Assembly: GCA_029261595.1 (NCBI GenBank) | Contig: JAJDAZ010000044.1 | Location: forward strand, 31,377 to 95,376 | Source of the DNA: Nitrospinaceae bacterium | GTDB lineage: Bacteria > Nitrospinota > Nitrospinia > Nitrospinales > VA-1 | Direction: 5' to 3' | DNA length: 64,000 nt | In this document: piece after piece, positions 1 to 9,121 of the stretch | Position numbering within the stretch: the stretch's first letter is position 1 | Layout of the letters: each line of letters opens with the position of its first letter | Program-made: the position numbers and the translations under genes | The notes under the pieces: model-generated | What the model saw: only the letters and a program-made list of their open reading frames with translations | What the model was told of the DNA's origin: nothing | The model's database searches: none

Positions 1-859
<859 letters not shown>

Positions 860-1143
860 TTAAATAGTTTGGATAAAAAGTGGTTTGAATGAGTCAACAA
901 TCATGAACGCATTAATGGCGATAAATCCTATGAAATCAATTAGTTGCTTTGATTTTCCAGGAGCGGATGGCTGAAAACCCACTTCAAAGTAGATAGTTTA
1001 AGGGTTTTTGGTGTTTTCGTCCACAATATTGATAAAAGGATAGGAACTTAATTTGACCTCAAATTAATCCAATTTATAAAGAAAGTAAAGGTAAAGTTTA
1101 TTTTTTATTGATAATATCACTAATGGATCCATTGTTTTTGGGT

Positions 1144-1158
1144 AAGAAACGGTTTCTT
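1144..1158. promoter_or_regulatory. 15-bp palindrome AAGAAAC-G-GTTTCTT, possible enhancer-binding-protein site upstream of the sigma-54 promoter
   Basis: Perfect 7-bp inverted arms read directly. It lies ~200 bp upstream of the -24/-12 element, a typical UAS distance. Only one copy seen. Confidence 0.2.
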
Positions 1159-1357
1159 GACGCTCAATATTAATTAATTATCGAAAATTTAATAGTTTCT
1201 GGAAAAAATTTCTTCTCCATCCCGGTGAAAGGGTAAAATTTTCCAGCAATTTACACTGTGGAAAGGACTGGACGTGGGAACGGTTTCGCATCCTTCAGAA
1301 AATCATTATATAACAGAAGGATATAATTTTTAAAAATTAGCGGATTTTCTGGGGGTT

Positions 1358-1373
1358 TGGCGCACAAATTGCT
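1358..1373 (+). promoter_or_regulatory. sigma-54 (-24/-12) type promoter for flgB-fliE
   Basis: TGGCGC-ACAAA-TTGCT matches the consensus TGGCAC-N5-TTGCW, with GG and GC 12 nt apart. It sits 38 nt upstream of the flgB ATG, and a GAGAGG RBS at 1401-1406 lies in between. Confidence 0.55.
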
Positions 1374-1411
1374 TTTTAGTTTATTAGTTCACGATTTACT
1401 GAGAGGTTTCC

Positions 1412-1837
1412 ATGCTTATCGACAAGCTATTATTTTCCGATCCGGTTCCCATGATGATGAAGAAGAGCCTGGATTTTAATTCCACCCGCCATCTCCTGAT
1501 TTCCAATAATATCTCGCAAATGGATACCCCGGGTTACAAGGCGAATGATGTGGATTTCAAAAGCCAGCTCCGGGACGCCGTCGGGTCCGGGTCGTATCTC
1601 AATTTGAAGGCCACACATAAAAATCATTTTGGACCTGGGATGATGTCGCTCAAGAGCCTCTCTCCGCTTCCACATGAAGAAAACCTTCTGGCCAAGTCCA
1701 ATGGCAACAATGTGAATATTGATTATGAAATGGCCAAGCTGGCTCAAAATCAAATCGATTTTAATGCCGTGACTCAGATGATGATGAAGCGTGGGTCAAC
1801 GGTGAAATCCGCCGTGACGGAACTGCCACAACAATAA
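1412..1837 (+). CDS. flgB: flagellar basal-body rod protein FlgB
   Basis: N-terminal LISNNISQMDTPGYKANDVDF matches the rod-protein motif (NIAN-DTPGY-A-D-DF). C-terminal NGNNVNIDYEMAKLAQNQIDF matches the FlgB C-terminal helix. 141 aa is a typical size. Confidence 0.85.
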   Translation: MLIDKLLFSDPVPMMMKKSLDFNSTRHLLISNNISQMDTPGYKANDVDFKSQLRDAVGSGSYLNLKATHKNHFGPGMMSLKSLSPLPHEENLLAKSNGNNVNIDYEMAKLAQNQIDFNAVTQMMMKRGSTVKSAVTELPQQ

Positions 1838-1949
1838 TCCGCCAAAAATCAGCTAATTAAAACGGGTGAAAATTCCGTAAAAGTAATAGATTGACAAAGA
1901 CAAAATTTCAGATTAACTTGGCAGTAACGCATTTTTCAGGTAGGAAGAG

Positions 1950-2264
1950 ATGAAAGACATCACCATACAAAGCAATCTTAAAGCTCTGCAGGGAGCCATC
2001 CCAGCGGGAAAGATTGAGTTGCGGGAAGATTCCGGAGCAGATGGAGCCTCCTTTGCCGATACCCTTTCATCATCTCTGAACAAGGTGAACGACCTGCAAA
2101 AGGAAGCGGACGCGGCCATCCAGGATTTTGTTTCCGGTGAGACACGAAACATCACCGAGACCATGATTGCCGTCAACAAGGCCGACTTGGCTTTCCGGTT
2201 GACCATGCAAGTGCGAAACAAAATTGTCGAAGCTTATCAGGAAGTATTGCGTACCCAGATTTAA
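1950..2264 (+). CDS. fliE: flagellar hook-basal body complex protein FliE
   Basis: 104 aa. The C-terminus MQVRNKIVEAYQEVLRTQI is nearly identical to the FliE signature (QVRNKLVAAYQEVMSMQV). Confidence 0.85.
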   Translation: MKDITIQSNLKALQGAIPAGKIELREDSGADGASFADTLSSSLNKVNDLQKEADAAIQDFVSGETRNITETMIAVNKADLAFRLTMQVRNKIVEAYQEVLRTQI

Positions 2265-2290
2265 TTAGAATTTTTTTCATAAGACCCCCA

Positions 2291-2327
2291 AGCCTCTGGA
2301 GATTCTTCTCCCGGGGGCTTTTTTTTT
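2291..2327 (+). terminator. rho-independent terminator after fliE
   Basis: AGCCTCTGGAGA-TTCT-TCTCCCGGGGGCT hairpin (~12 bp with one bulge and two G-U pairs) followed by a T8 run. Confidence 0.7.
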
Positions 2328-2500
2328 GCGTCGTGACCTTTTGGAGGTGAAAACTCCCTGGAGCAAGGCAAAGAGGAAAGTTATGCGGGGAACAGGGTGT
2401 TTAGGTATCTCCTGTCCGAACCCATGATAAACCAGTTGTGTCAGACAGAATTATTGCATAGACTCTTTAAATATTTCATTTTATTGGGAAAGAGGGGATT

Positions 2501-3121
2501 TTGAAGCTCGACCGGGGATATCTGATTGTGTTTGAGGGAATAGACGGGACCGGAAAAAGCACCCACTGCCGTCTATTGGGTGAGTATCTGGAATCCAGGG
2601 GAATCCCGGTTCGGAGATTGTTTGAGCCCACTAAGGGAAAGTGGGGAATGAAAATCCGAAAACTCCTGACAGAGGGCAGGGGAGACATCCGCCCGGAGGA
2701 GGAGTTGTCCTGGTTCATGAAGGACCGTCAAGAGGATGTTGAAAAAAATATCCAACCGGGGTTGTCTCAAAATGAAATTGTGGTCCTGGATCGATATTAT
2801 TATTCCACTGCGGCTTATCAGGGGGCGCTGGGGTTGGATCCGCAATGGATCTGCCGGGAAAATGAGGCGTTCGCTCCAAAACCCGATCTGGTGTTCCTGT
2901 TCACCGCCTCCCCGGAAAAGTGTCTGGAGAGGATTCAAAAATCGCGGGAGGCCCAAAGCGCTTTCGAAAGACTTGATTATTTGCAAAAAGTACAAAGTAT
3001 CTTTGATTCCTTTGACGATCCGGTCATCCAGCGCATCGATACGGAGCCTCCTCAGGATGAAGTCCATGAAAAATTACGCCAAAGAGTGGATACGGTGATA
3101 TTTGGCCGGGGGGATGGATGA
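2501..3121 (+). CDS. tmk: thymidylate (dTMP) kinase
   Basis: The P-loop region FEGIDGTGKST and DRYYYSTAAYQG are typical of Tmk. TTG start preceded by AGAGGGG. Confidence 0.9.
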   Translation: MKLDRGYLIVFEGIDGTGKSTHCRLLGEYLESRGIPVRRLFEPTKGKWGMKIRKLLTEGRGDIRPEEELSWFMKDRQEDVEKNIQPGLSQNEIVVLDRYYYSTAAYQGALGLDPQWICRENEAFAPKPDLVFLFTASPEKCLERIQKSREAQSAFERLDYLQKVQSIFDSFDDPVIQRIDTEPPQDEVHEKLRQRVDTVIFGRGDG

Positions 3122-3672
3122 AGCGATTTGTCCTGGCAATAACGGGGGCGAGCGGGGTGTGCTATGCCCAGCGGTTGTTCGATTGCTTGAAACCGAATGC
3201 GGAACTGCATGTCATCGTGTCCGAGCGGGGAACGGAGTTGTTGAATCTGGAGCTGGGATTGAAAGTTTCTTATTTCTCTGGCGACCATGTCACTGTTCAC
3301 AAAAACTCCCGTATCAATACCTCGATCGCCAGCGGTTCGTTTTCTGTGGATGCGATGATCATAGTGCCTGCCAGTATGGGCACCATTGGCAGAATTGCCT
3401 CCGGCATTTCGGAAACCCTGATCGAACGGGTGGCGGATGTTACCTTAAAAGAAAAAAGAAAGTTGATCCTGGTTCCGAGGGAAACTCCCCTCAGCACCAT
3501 TCACCTGAAAAATCTCCTGACCCTCGATCAGGCGGGTTCCCTGGTCATGCCTGCGTCGCCAGGGTTTTATCAGGGGCAGGAATCGATGGATGACCTGGTA
3601 GATTTCATGGTCGCCAGGATCATGGATCAAATCGGGATGGCCCAGAACCTGATGCCTCCCTACAAATCCTGA
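3118..3672 (+). CDS. ubiX: flavin prenyltransferase UbiX (UbiX/Pad1 family)
   Basis: MKRFVLAITGASGVCYAQRL..., IIVPASMGTIGRIASG and LILVPRETPLS motifs. ATGA overlap with tmk. Confidence 0.85.
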   Translation: MKRFVLAITGASGVCYAQRLFDCLKPNAELHVIVSERGTELLNLELGLKVSYFSGDHVTVHKNSRINTSIASGSFSVDAMIIVPASMGTIGRIASGISETLIERVADVTLKEKRKLILVPRETPLSTIHLKNLLTLDQAGSLVMPASPGFYQGQESMDDLVDFMVARIMDQIGMAQNLMPPYKS

Positions 3673-3696
3673 ATTTCCAAGAGCGAAATTTTTAAA

Positions 3697-4896
3697 ATGA
3701 TTTATCTTGATAATGCCGCGACCACTCCCATGGATATTCAGGTGATAGAAGTCATCGAGGAGTCCATGCGGCGGGATGTTGCCAATTCAGGCGCGGTTTA
3801 TAGAATCGGCCTCGATGCTAAAAAGCGCATCGAAAAATCCGGAGAAGAAATCGCCGAGGCTTTAAACGTGCCTTCCACTCACCGCATGATATTCACCAGC
3901 GGCGGCAGTGAATCGAATAATCTGTTCATCAAAGGGATTTGTTTTCCCGATAAAAAAACAGCTCACCTGGGCCTGGAACATCCCAGCGTCACCACCACGT
4001 TGAAATATTTTTCCCAGTTTGGCAACGAGCCATTGAGTCTGTTGGAATTTCAGAAAGAGGGAGGGCTCGATTTGTCCGGGGCGGTTCCGGTGCTCAAAAA
4101 TAACCGGGTCCGCCTGCTTTGCCTGTCTCATGTTAATAATGAATTGGGCACGGTCAATGAAGCGGCAAGTGTGATGACAACGGTTAAAAATGGTTCCCCG
4201 CAAACCAGAATTTTTCTGGATGGAGTTCAGGCGGTGGGAAAACTGAAGATTCCCCAGAATATGTGGTCCGGTCTGGCCGGTTATTCTTTATCGGGCCATA
4301 AAATCAATGGACCCAAGGGAATCGGTTTATTGATCTACGATTCTCGTCTGGCTTTGACCCCACAGATTCACGGCGGTAAACAACAATTTGGCGTCCGGTC
4401 CGGCACATTGCCGGCCCCCTTGATTCTTGGGTTGGCAAAATCCATTCAACTCGCCGTGGAACGGACGGATGAAACGCAAACCCATCTAAAAAAACTGTTC
4501 CATCATCTTGTTGATGGATTGCAATCCCTTTCCACCCGGTTGCCCGCGTTTCGTCTCAAATTCAACTCGCTGACGGTGGACGATGTGAGCAGGCAATCGC
4601 CTGCGATTGTTAATTTCAGTTTTCCTCCCGTTGAAGGGGAAGTGCTGTTGCATCATCTGGAAGAGCAGAATATTTTTGTCGGCCTTGGAAGCGCCTGTAG
4701 CGCCCACTCCAAGGAGCCCTCCAAAATACTCACCGGCATCGGGCGGACGGTGGAAGAGGCCCGTTGCAGTTTGAGAATTTCTTTTGGCCGCCAGAATACA
4801 ATCGAAGAGGTCGATCAATTTTTGAATGAATTCACCAAAGCCTACGAGGCCTTATATCCCACCTTTCAAAACAAGGCGCGTCAAACCGATGTCTGA
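3697..4896 (+). CDS. class V aminotransferase / cysteine desulfurase (NifS/IscS-like)
   Basis: MIYLDNAATTP start, FTSGGSESNN, SLSGHKINGPKGIG (PLP-lysine region) and GSACS active-site Cys loop. It overlaps thiI by 8 nt. Confidence 0.85.
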   Translation: MIYLDNAATTPMDIQVIEVIEESMRRDVANSGAVYRIGLDAKKRIEKSGEEIAEALNVPSTHRMIFTSGGSESNNLFIKGICFPDKKTAHLGLEHPSVTTTLKYFSQFGNEPLSLLEFQKEGGLDLSGAVPVLKNNRVRLLCLSHVNNELGTVNEAASVMTTVKNGSPQTRIFLDGVQAVGKLKIPQNMWSGLAGYSLSGHKINGPKGIGLLIYDSRLALTPQIHGGKQQFGVRSGTLPAPLILGLAKSIQLAVERTDETQTHLKKLFHHLVDGLQSLSTRLPAFRLKFNSLTVDDVSRQSPAIVNFSFPPVEGEVLLHHLEEQNIFVGLGSACSAHSKEPSKILTGIGRTVEEARCSLRISFGRQNTIEEVDQFLNEFTKAYEALYPTFQNKARQTDV

Positions 4897-6085
4897 TTCA
4901 AGAACCCTCCTGATCCGCTACGATGAGATAGGCCTGAAGGGACGCAACAGAAAATACTTTGAAAATTGTCTCTTAAATAATATCAAGCGTGCTTTGAGCG
5001 GGTTGGATGGCTTGCGCTTTCGAGTTCCTCGCGGCAGGATCATGATCGACATGGCTTCCCCGCTTGCGGACGAATGCTCCAGACGGTTGGGTTTTGTTCC
5101 CGGTATCGCATCCTTCAGCGTGGGTTATCCAGTGAATCCCGATTTTGAGGAAATGGCGGCATTGGGAATCGAACTGATCGAACCGCACTTGAAGTCCGGG
5201 CTGGAGCTAAAATTTTGTGTTCGCACCCAAAGAACGGATAAAACATTTCACAAAACATCCACCGAAATAAATTTTGAGGTTGGGTCTAGAATCATGTCCG
5301 CCTTTTCAGAAAAGGGTTTGGTCGTCAATATCAAACAAGCGGAAATTGCAATCGAAATAGAAGTTGGACGCGGGGAGATTATCCTGTTCGATCACCGCAT
5401 CCCGGGGATACGAGGCTTGCCGGTGGGGTGTTCCGGCAATGTTTTGAGTCTGCTTTCAGGTGGCATTGACAGTCCGGTGTCCTCGTATTTTATGATGCGG
5501 CGCGGATGCAGGGTGCACTTTATTTTTTTCGACAACCAGCCATTTTTGGGCAGGGGAGGGCTGGACAAAGTTCTCCGGCTAGCAAAAATTCTGAATCGCT
5601 ATCAGACATGGGGCAGGGTTTATGTGGTTCCGTTTCAGGATATACAGGTGGCCATCCGCGACCATTGCTCGCCGGAAAATCGGGTGGTCCTGTATCGCAG
5701 GTTGATGTACCGGATCAGTCAGAGAGTGGCCGAGAAGATAAAGTGCCAGGGATTGGTGACCGGAGAATCTCTGGGTCAGGTGGCTTCCCAGACCCTGGAA
5801 AATCTGGCGGCGGTTTCCTGTGTGGTTCCGATGAGTGTTTTTCGTCCCCTGATTGGAATGGACAAGCAGGAGATCATTGCCCAGTCGCGAAAAATTCAGA
5901 CGTATGAAACCAGCATCGAACCTTCCCCGGATTGTTGCTCGGTCTTTATGCCCTCCCGGCCTGCGACCAAAAGCCGAAAAGACCGATTGGAAAGGGATGA
6001 AGCCAAGTTTCCCTGGCAGGAACTGATGCAGGAAGCGATGGATAAAACGGAGGTGATCGACCTGGACTCTCAGGAAGGCATCTAA
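4889..6085 (+). CDS. thiI: tRNA 4-thiouridine synthase ThiI
   Basis: The internal ATG at 4889 gives MSDSRTLLIRYDEIGLKGRNRKYFE, the canonical ThiI N-terminus. PP-loop SLLSGGIDSPVS is present. The track start at 4826 would overlap the desulfurase by 71 nt. Confidence 0.9.
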   Translation: MSDSRTLLIRYDEIGLKGRNRKYFENCLLNNIKRALSGLDGLRFRVPRGRIMIDMASPLADECSRRLGFVPGIASFSVGYPVNPDFEEMAALGIELIEPHLKSGLELKFCVRTQRTDKTFHKTSTEINFEVGSRIMSAFSEKGLVVNIKQAEIAIEIEVGRGEIILFDHRIPGIRGLPVGCSGNVLSLLSGGIDSPVSSYFMMRRGCRVHFIFFDNQPFLGRGGLDKVLRLAKILNRYQTWGRVYVVPFQDIQVAIRDHCSPENRVVLYRRLMYRISQRVAEKIKCQGLVTGESLGQVASQTLENLAAVSCVVPMSVFRPLIGMDKQEIIAQSRKIQTYETSIEPSPDCCSVFMPSRPATKSRKDRLERDEAKFPWQELMQEAMDKTEVIDLDSQEGI

Positions 6086-6567
6086 AGCCGGACCACTTTT
6101 TTGTCCTCCGGTAATTCGGACAAAAGTTGCCGAATGGTTTTCTTTGCCATCGGATGGATAAGGTTGGGCGCCAACTGCGCCAGAGGCGCCAGTACAAAAC
6201 CCCGTTGTGTCATTTCAGGATGAGGAATTTTCAGGCGGTCACTTTTGATCACGCTGTCCTCATAGAGCAAAATATCCAGATCAATAATACGAGGGCCCCA
6301 TTTTTCAGCGCGAATTCTGCCCATCGAACTTTCAATGGACAACAGCGCATCGAGCAACGCTAGAGGTTCCAAGTCGGTTGCTATCTGGATTGCGACATTG
6401 AGGAACCAGTCCTGGTCCCGGGAGCCAACGGGCTCGGTTTTATAAAACGAAGATCGGGCCGTGACTTCTATTTTTGGATGCGCCCCCAGCAGGACGATGG
6501 AGCGCTCGCAATTTTCCCTCGGAGAACCCAGATTGGAACCGATTCCTATATATGCCGTATTGGACAT
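6082..6567 (-). CDS. folK: 2-amino-4-hydroxy-6-hydroxymethyldihydropteridine pyrophosphokinase
   Basis: AYIGIGSNLGSP, FYKTEPVG, RIIDLDILLY and IPHPEM motifs. Confidence 0.9.
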   Translation of the reverse strand: MSNTAYIGIGSNLGSPRENCERSIVLLGAHPKIEVTARSSFYKTEPVGSRDQDWFLNVAIQIATDLEPLALLDALLSIESSMGRIRAEKWGPRIIDLDILLYEDSVIKSDRLKIPHPEMTQRGFVLAPLAQLAPNLIHPMAKKTIRQLLSELPEDKKVVRL

Positions 6568-6596
6568 GATAGGGGTCTTTTAAAATCTCGGAAAAA

Positions 6597-7838
6597 TTAA
6601 AATACAAACTTTGCGAAAGAAAGCCTGTTTTTTATTTCTGTCATGATTCGGGTTTCGTCGGAGGAGTCCCTGGCCGCAAAGGTTGCCGAAAAACGAACGT
6701 AGTTTCCCACGTTGTCCCAGGGCACGGTGGAAATCAGCATTTCTTTAATCATGAACTGGGAAAAATCCTCGGCGGTTTTGAAATCTTCGCCGCCTTCGAT
6801 TCCCTTGGGAGCTTTGACATAAAGAAAGAACGAACCGCCCGGAAGTTTTGCGTTGAACCCGACTGAATTGAGAGTGTCCACCATGAGGGTCAATCGTCGG
6901 CGATATTTTTCCAGAATTTCACGGGTGATTTCCGGGTGGTCGAGGGCATAAATCCCCGCTTTCTGAATCGCGGCAAACTGGCCCGAATCGACATTGTCCT
7001 TCACGTGGGCGAATCCTTTGACCACCAGGTCGTTGCCGACAATAAAAGCGATCCTCCAGCCGGTCATGTTGTAGGCTTTTGAAAGGGAATGAAATTCGAC
7101 GCCGACATCCATGGCTCCCGGAACGGAAAGAAAGCTCAGCAGTTCCCCACTGTAATTGAGGGCCGCGTAGGCCGCGTCCTGGATGACAATGATTTTATTC
7201 TTTTTGGCGAATTCCACGACCTCTTCAAAAAATTCCCGGGTGGCATTTGCGCCGGTTGGGTTGTTCGGATAGTTCAGATAAAGTATTTTTGTGCGCGCAA
7301 TGATTTTAGGGTCAATGGCTTTAAGGTCGGGCAGGAAATCATTTTCCTCTTTTAACTCCAGGTTGACCACTTCCCCGCCCAAAAAACTCGCGTGGGTTCC
7401 CATCACCGGGTAACCGGGCACCGTCATCAAAATTATATCACCGGGGTCAATATAAATGGCGGGAAACATAGCCAAACCGGGCTTGGAGCCAATGGTGTGA
7501 TTGACGTGTTTGTCCGCGTTGAGTTCTTTGACGCCAAACACATTTTCCATGTACCGGACAGCCGCTTCCTTGAATTCCTGAATCCCGTTGTCCGTATACC
7601 CCCGGTTCTCCGGTTTTTCCGCTTCCTGTTGCAGGACCTGGATGACGCCCGGAAAGGCCATTTCGTCCGGCTCCCCGACGCCCATGTCGAACAATTCCTT
7701 GCCGGGATTGGCCTCAAGCGCGGCCCGTTTGGCGCGTTTTATTTTTTCAAATTTGTAAATGGTGGTGTCTTTGCCAAATTGGTCCCCTCCCAGGCGTTTT
7801 GCGAAAAGGGATTGTATATAGCTTTCAGTATCGGACAT
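6597..7838 (-). CDS. class I/II aminotransferase, LL-diaminopimelate aminotransferase-like
   Basis: YKFEKIKRAKR...DMGVGEPD N-terminus, NYPNNPTG and the SLSKAYNMTGWRIAF PLP-lysine motif. The subfamily assignment (DapL-type) rests on my memory of the family pattern only. Confidence 0.6.
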   Translation of the reverse strand: MSDTESYIQSLFAKRLGGDQFGKDTTIYKFEKIKRAKRAALEANPGKELFDMGVGEPDEMAFPGVIQVLQQEAEKPENRGYTDNGIQEFKEAAVRYMENVFGVKELNADKHVNHTIGSKPGLAMFPAIYIDPGDIILMTVPGYPVMGTHASFLGGEVVNLELKEENDFLPDLKAIDPKIIARTKILYLNYPNNPTGANATREFFEEVVEFAKKNKIIVIQDAAYAALNYSGELLSFLSVPGAMDVGVEFHSLSKAYNMTGWRIAFIVGNDLVVKGFAHVKDNVDSGQFAAIQKAGIYALDHPEITREILEKYRRRLTLMVDTLNSVGFNAKLPGGSFFLYVKAPKGIEGGEDFKTAEDFSQFMIKEMLISTVPWDNVGNYVRFSATFAARDSSDETRIMTEIKNRLSFAKFVF

Positions 7839-7964
7839 TGTATTTTCTTCTCCGGAAACAGAAAAATTCTGGGTGATTTGATTTTAAGCAGATAATTGAA
7901 TGGATAAACTTAACGAATAATCAGGTAGGTGTCAAGGACGGGCCTTATTACGGGGCAAATCCGG

Positions 7965-8384
7965 TCATTCCTCCGTCTTTTCAGGCTCTTCTTCCATGAC
8001 GGTTTCCTCTTCCTCAATGTCTTCGTCTTCGCCGATTCCGGCCGCTTTTTGCGAGTATCGGAGATACTTGGTGATTTCCTTTATTTCCTCATCTGAAACC
8101 TTGTTGCGCTGGGAAGGCATTTTATCGCCACCATTGATGATAATCTCGAAAATTTCATCGTCGGAAAAGTTGGACTGGATATATTCCGCATCGATGAGCC
8201 TGGGCGCCTTAGTGTGCTTGCCCATCGCATCCGGCCCGTGACAGTTGGAACAGATTTTGTGAAAAATTTTCTGGCCCGCTTGAAATTCCGCCGGAACTAT
8301 CTTGGTGGGCTGAGGAGCGCAGGAGGCTACGAAAAGAATAAGAATCAAACCGCTCCAACTTCGAAATTGCATTACCGACTCCAT
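7965..8384 (-). CDS. lipoprotein class I c-type cytochrome with poly-acidic C-terminal tail
   Basis: Signal peptide with lipobox LFVASC, haem motif CSNCHG, distal Met in GGDKMPSQ. The tail is GEDEDIEEEETVMEEEPEKTEE. The ATG directly abuts the TAA of the upstream gene. Confidence 0.8.
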   Translation of the reverse strand: MESVMQFRSWSGLILILFVASCAPQPTKIVPAEFQAGQKIFHKICSNCHGPDAMGKHTKAPRLIDAEYIQSNFSDDEIFEIIINGGDKMPSQRNKVSDEEIKEITKYLRYSQKAAGIGEDEDIEEEETVMEEEPEKTEE

Positions 8385-9119
8385 TTATTTGCGTTTAACC
8401 ATGTCTGTGATTCCGTCATAATTCCGGTCGAGTTCCACCCGAAGCAATTCTCCCGGAGAATTGAAATATTCCCAGCGATCCACTTTACCATCGAAGTTGG
8501 TGTCATACTCTATTTTTTCCGGTTTGGTGGATTGGGAAAAATATTGCCACTGATCCTGCTGGCCGTCTCCATTGGAATCGAATGCGGCGGATTGAAGAAT
8601 CTTATCGCCTTTAAAATATTCCCAGCGGTCGATTTTTCCATCGTGGCTGGTGTCATATTCCACCCGGACCAGTTTTGACTCTTCATCAAAAAATTGAAAA
8701 ATATTCAGCCTTTCGTCCAGGTTATCATCGACTTCAATGCGGGTCAGTTTTCCATTGGCATCGTAAAACTCTTTCCAATCGATCTTTCCATTGAACTTGG
8801 AATCCTTCTCAACCCGTTCCAGGACGAATGATTTGTTATAAAATTGGAACTGGTCCAAAGTTCCGTCAAAGTTTCTGTCAAGTTTGACCAGAACGGGTTT
8901 CTTATTGCCGTCATAAATATCGACCTGGTCCAGTTTTCCGTCGCCATTGGTATCGTATTCAATTTTGACGATCTTTCCATCCTCCGACTTTTCGTGCCAT
9001 TGATCCATTTTTCCATTGAAATCACTGTCGACCTGGATTATTTCACCCTGGGCGTTGATGGCCCACAGTCCCATTATCATGCACAAAAATATGATCGCGC
9101 CTTTTAATTTAGGTTTCAC
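8385..9119 (-). CDS. secreted protein made of ~9 tandem ~24-aa D-x-N-x-DG-x-x-D Ca-loop-like repeats; function unknown
   Basis: Signal peptide MKPKLKGAIIFLCMIMGLWAINAQG. Repeats include YDTNGDGKLDQVDIY, LDRNFDGTLDQFQFY, YDTSHDGKIDRWEYF, FDSNGDGQQDQWQYF, YDTNFDGKVDRWEYF and LDRNYDGITD. Confidence 0.7.
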   Translation of the reverse strand: MKPKLKGAIIFLCMIMGLWAINAQGEIIQVDSDFNGKMDQWHEKSEDGKIVKIEYDTNGDGKLDQVDIYDGNKKPVLVKLDRNFDGTLDQFQFYNKSFVLERVEKDSKFNGKIDWKEFYDANGKLTRIEVDDNLDERLNIFQFFDEESKLVRVEYDTSHDGKIDRWEYFKGDKILQSAAFDSNGDGQQDQWQYFSQSTKPEKIEYDTNFDGKVDRWEYFNSPGELLRVELDRNYDGITDMVKRK

Positions 9120-9121
9120 GG

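Noticed and set aside
3102-3593. 163-aa plus-strand ORF overlapping ubiX in another frame
   Set aside because: The ubiX frame (3118-3672) carries the family motifs. The alternative frame is Gly/Arg/Cys-rich nonsense.
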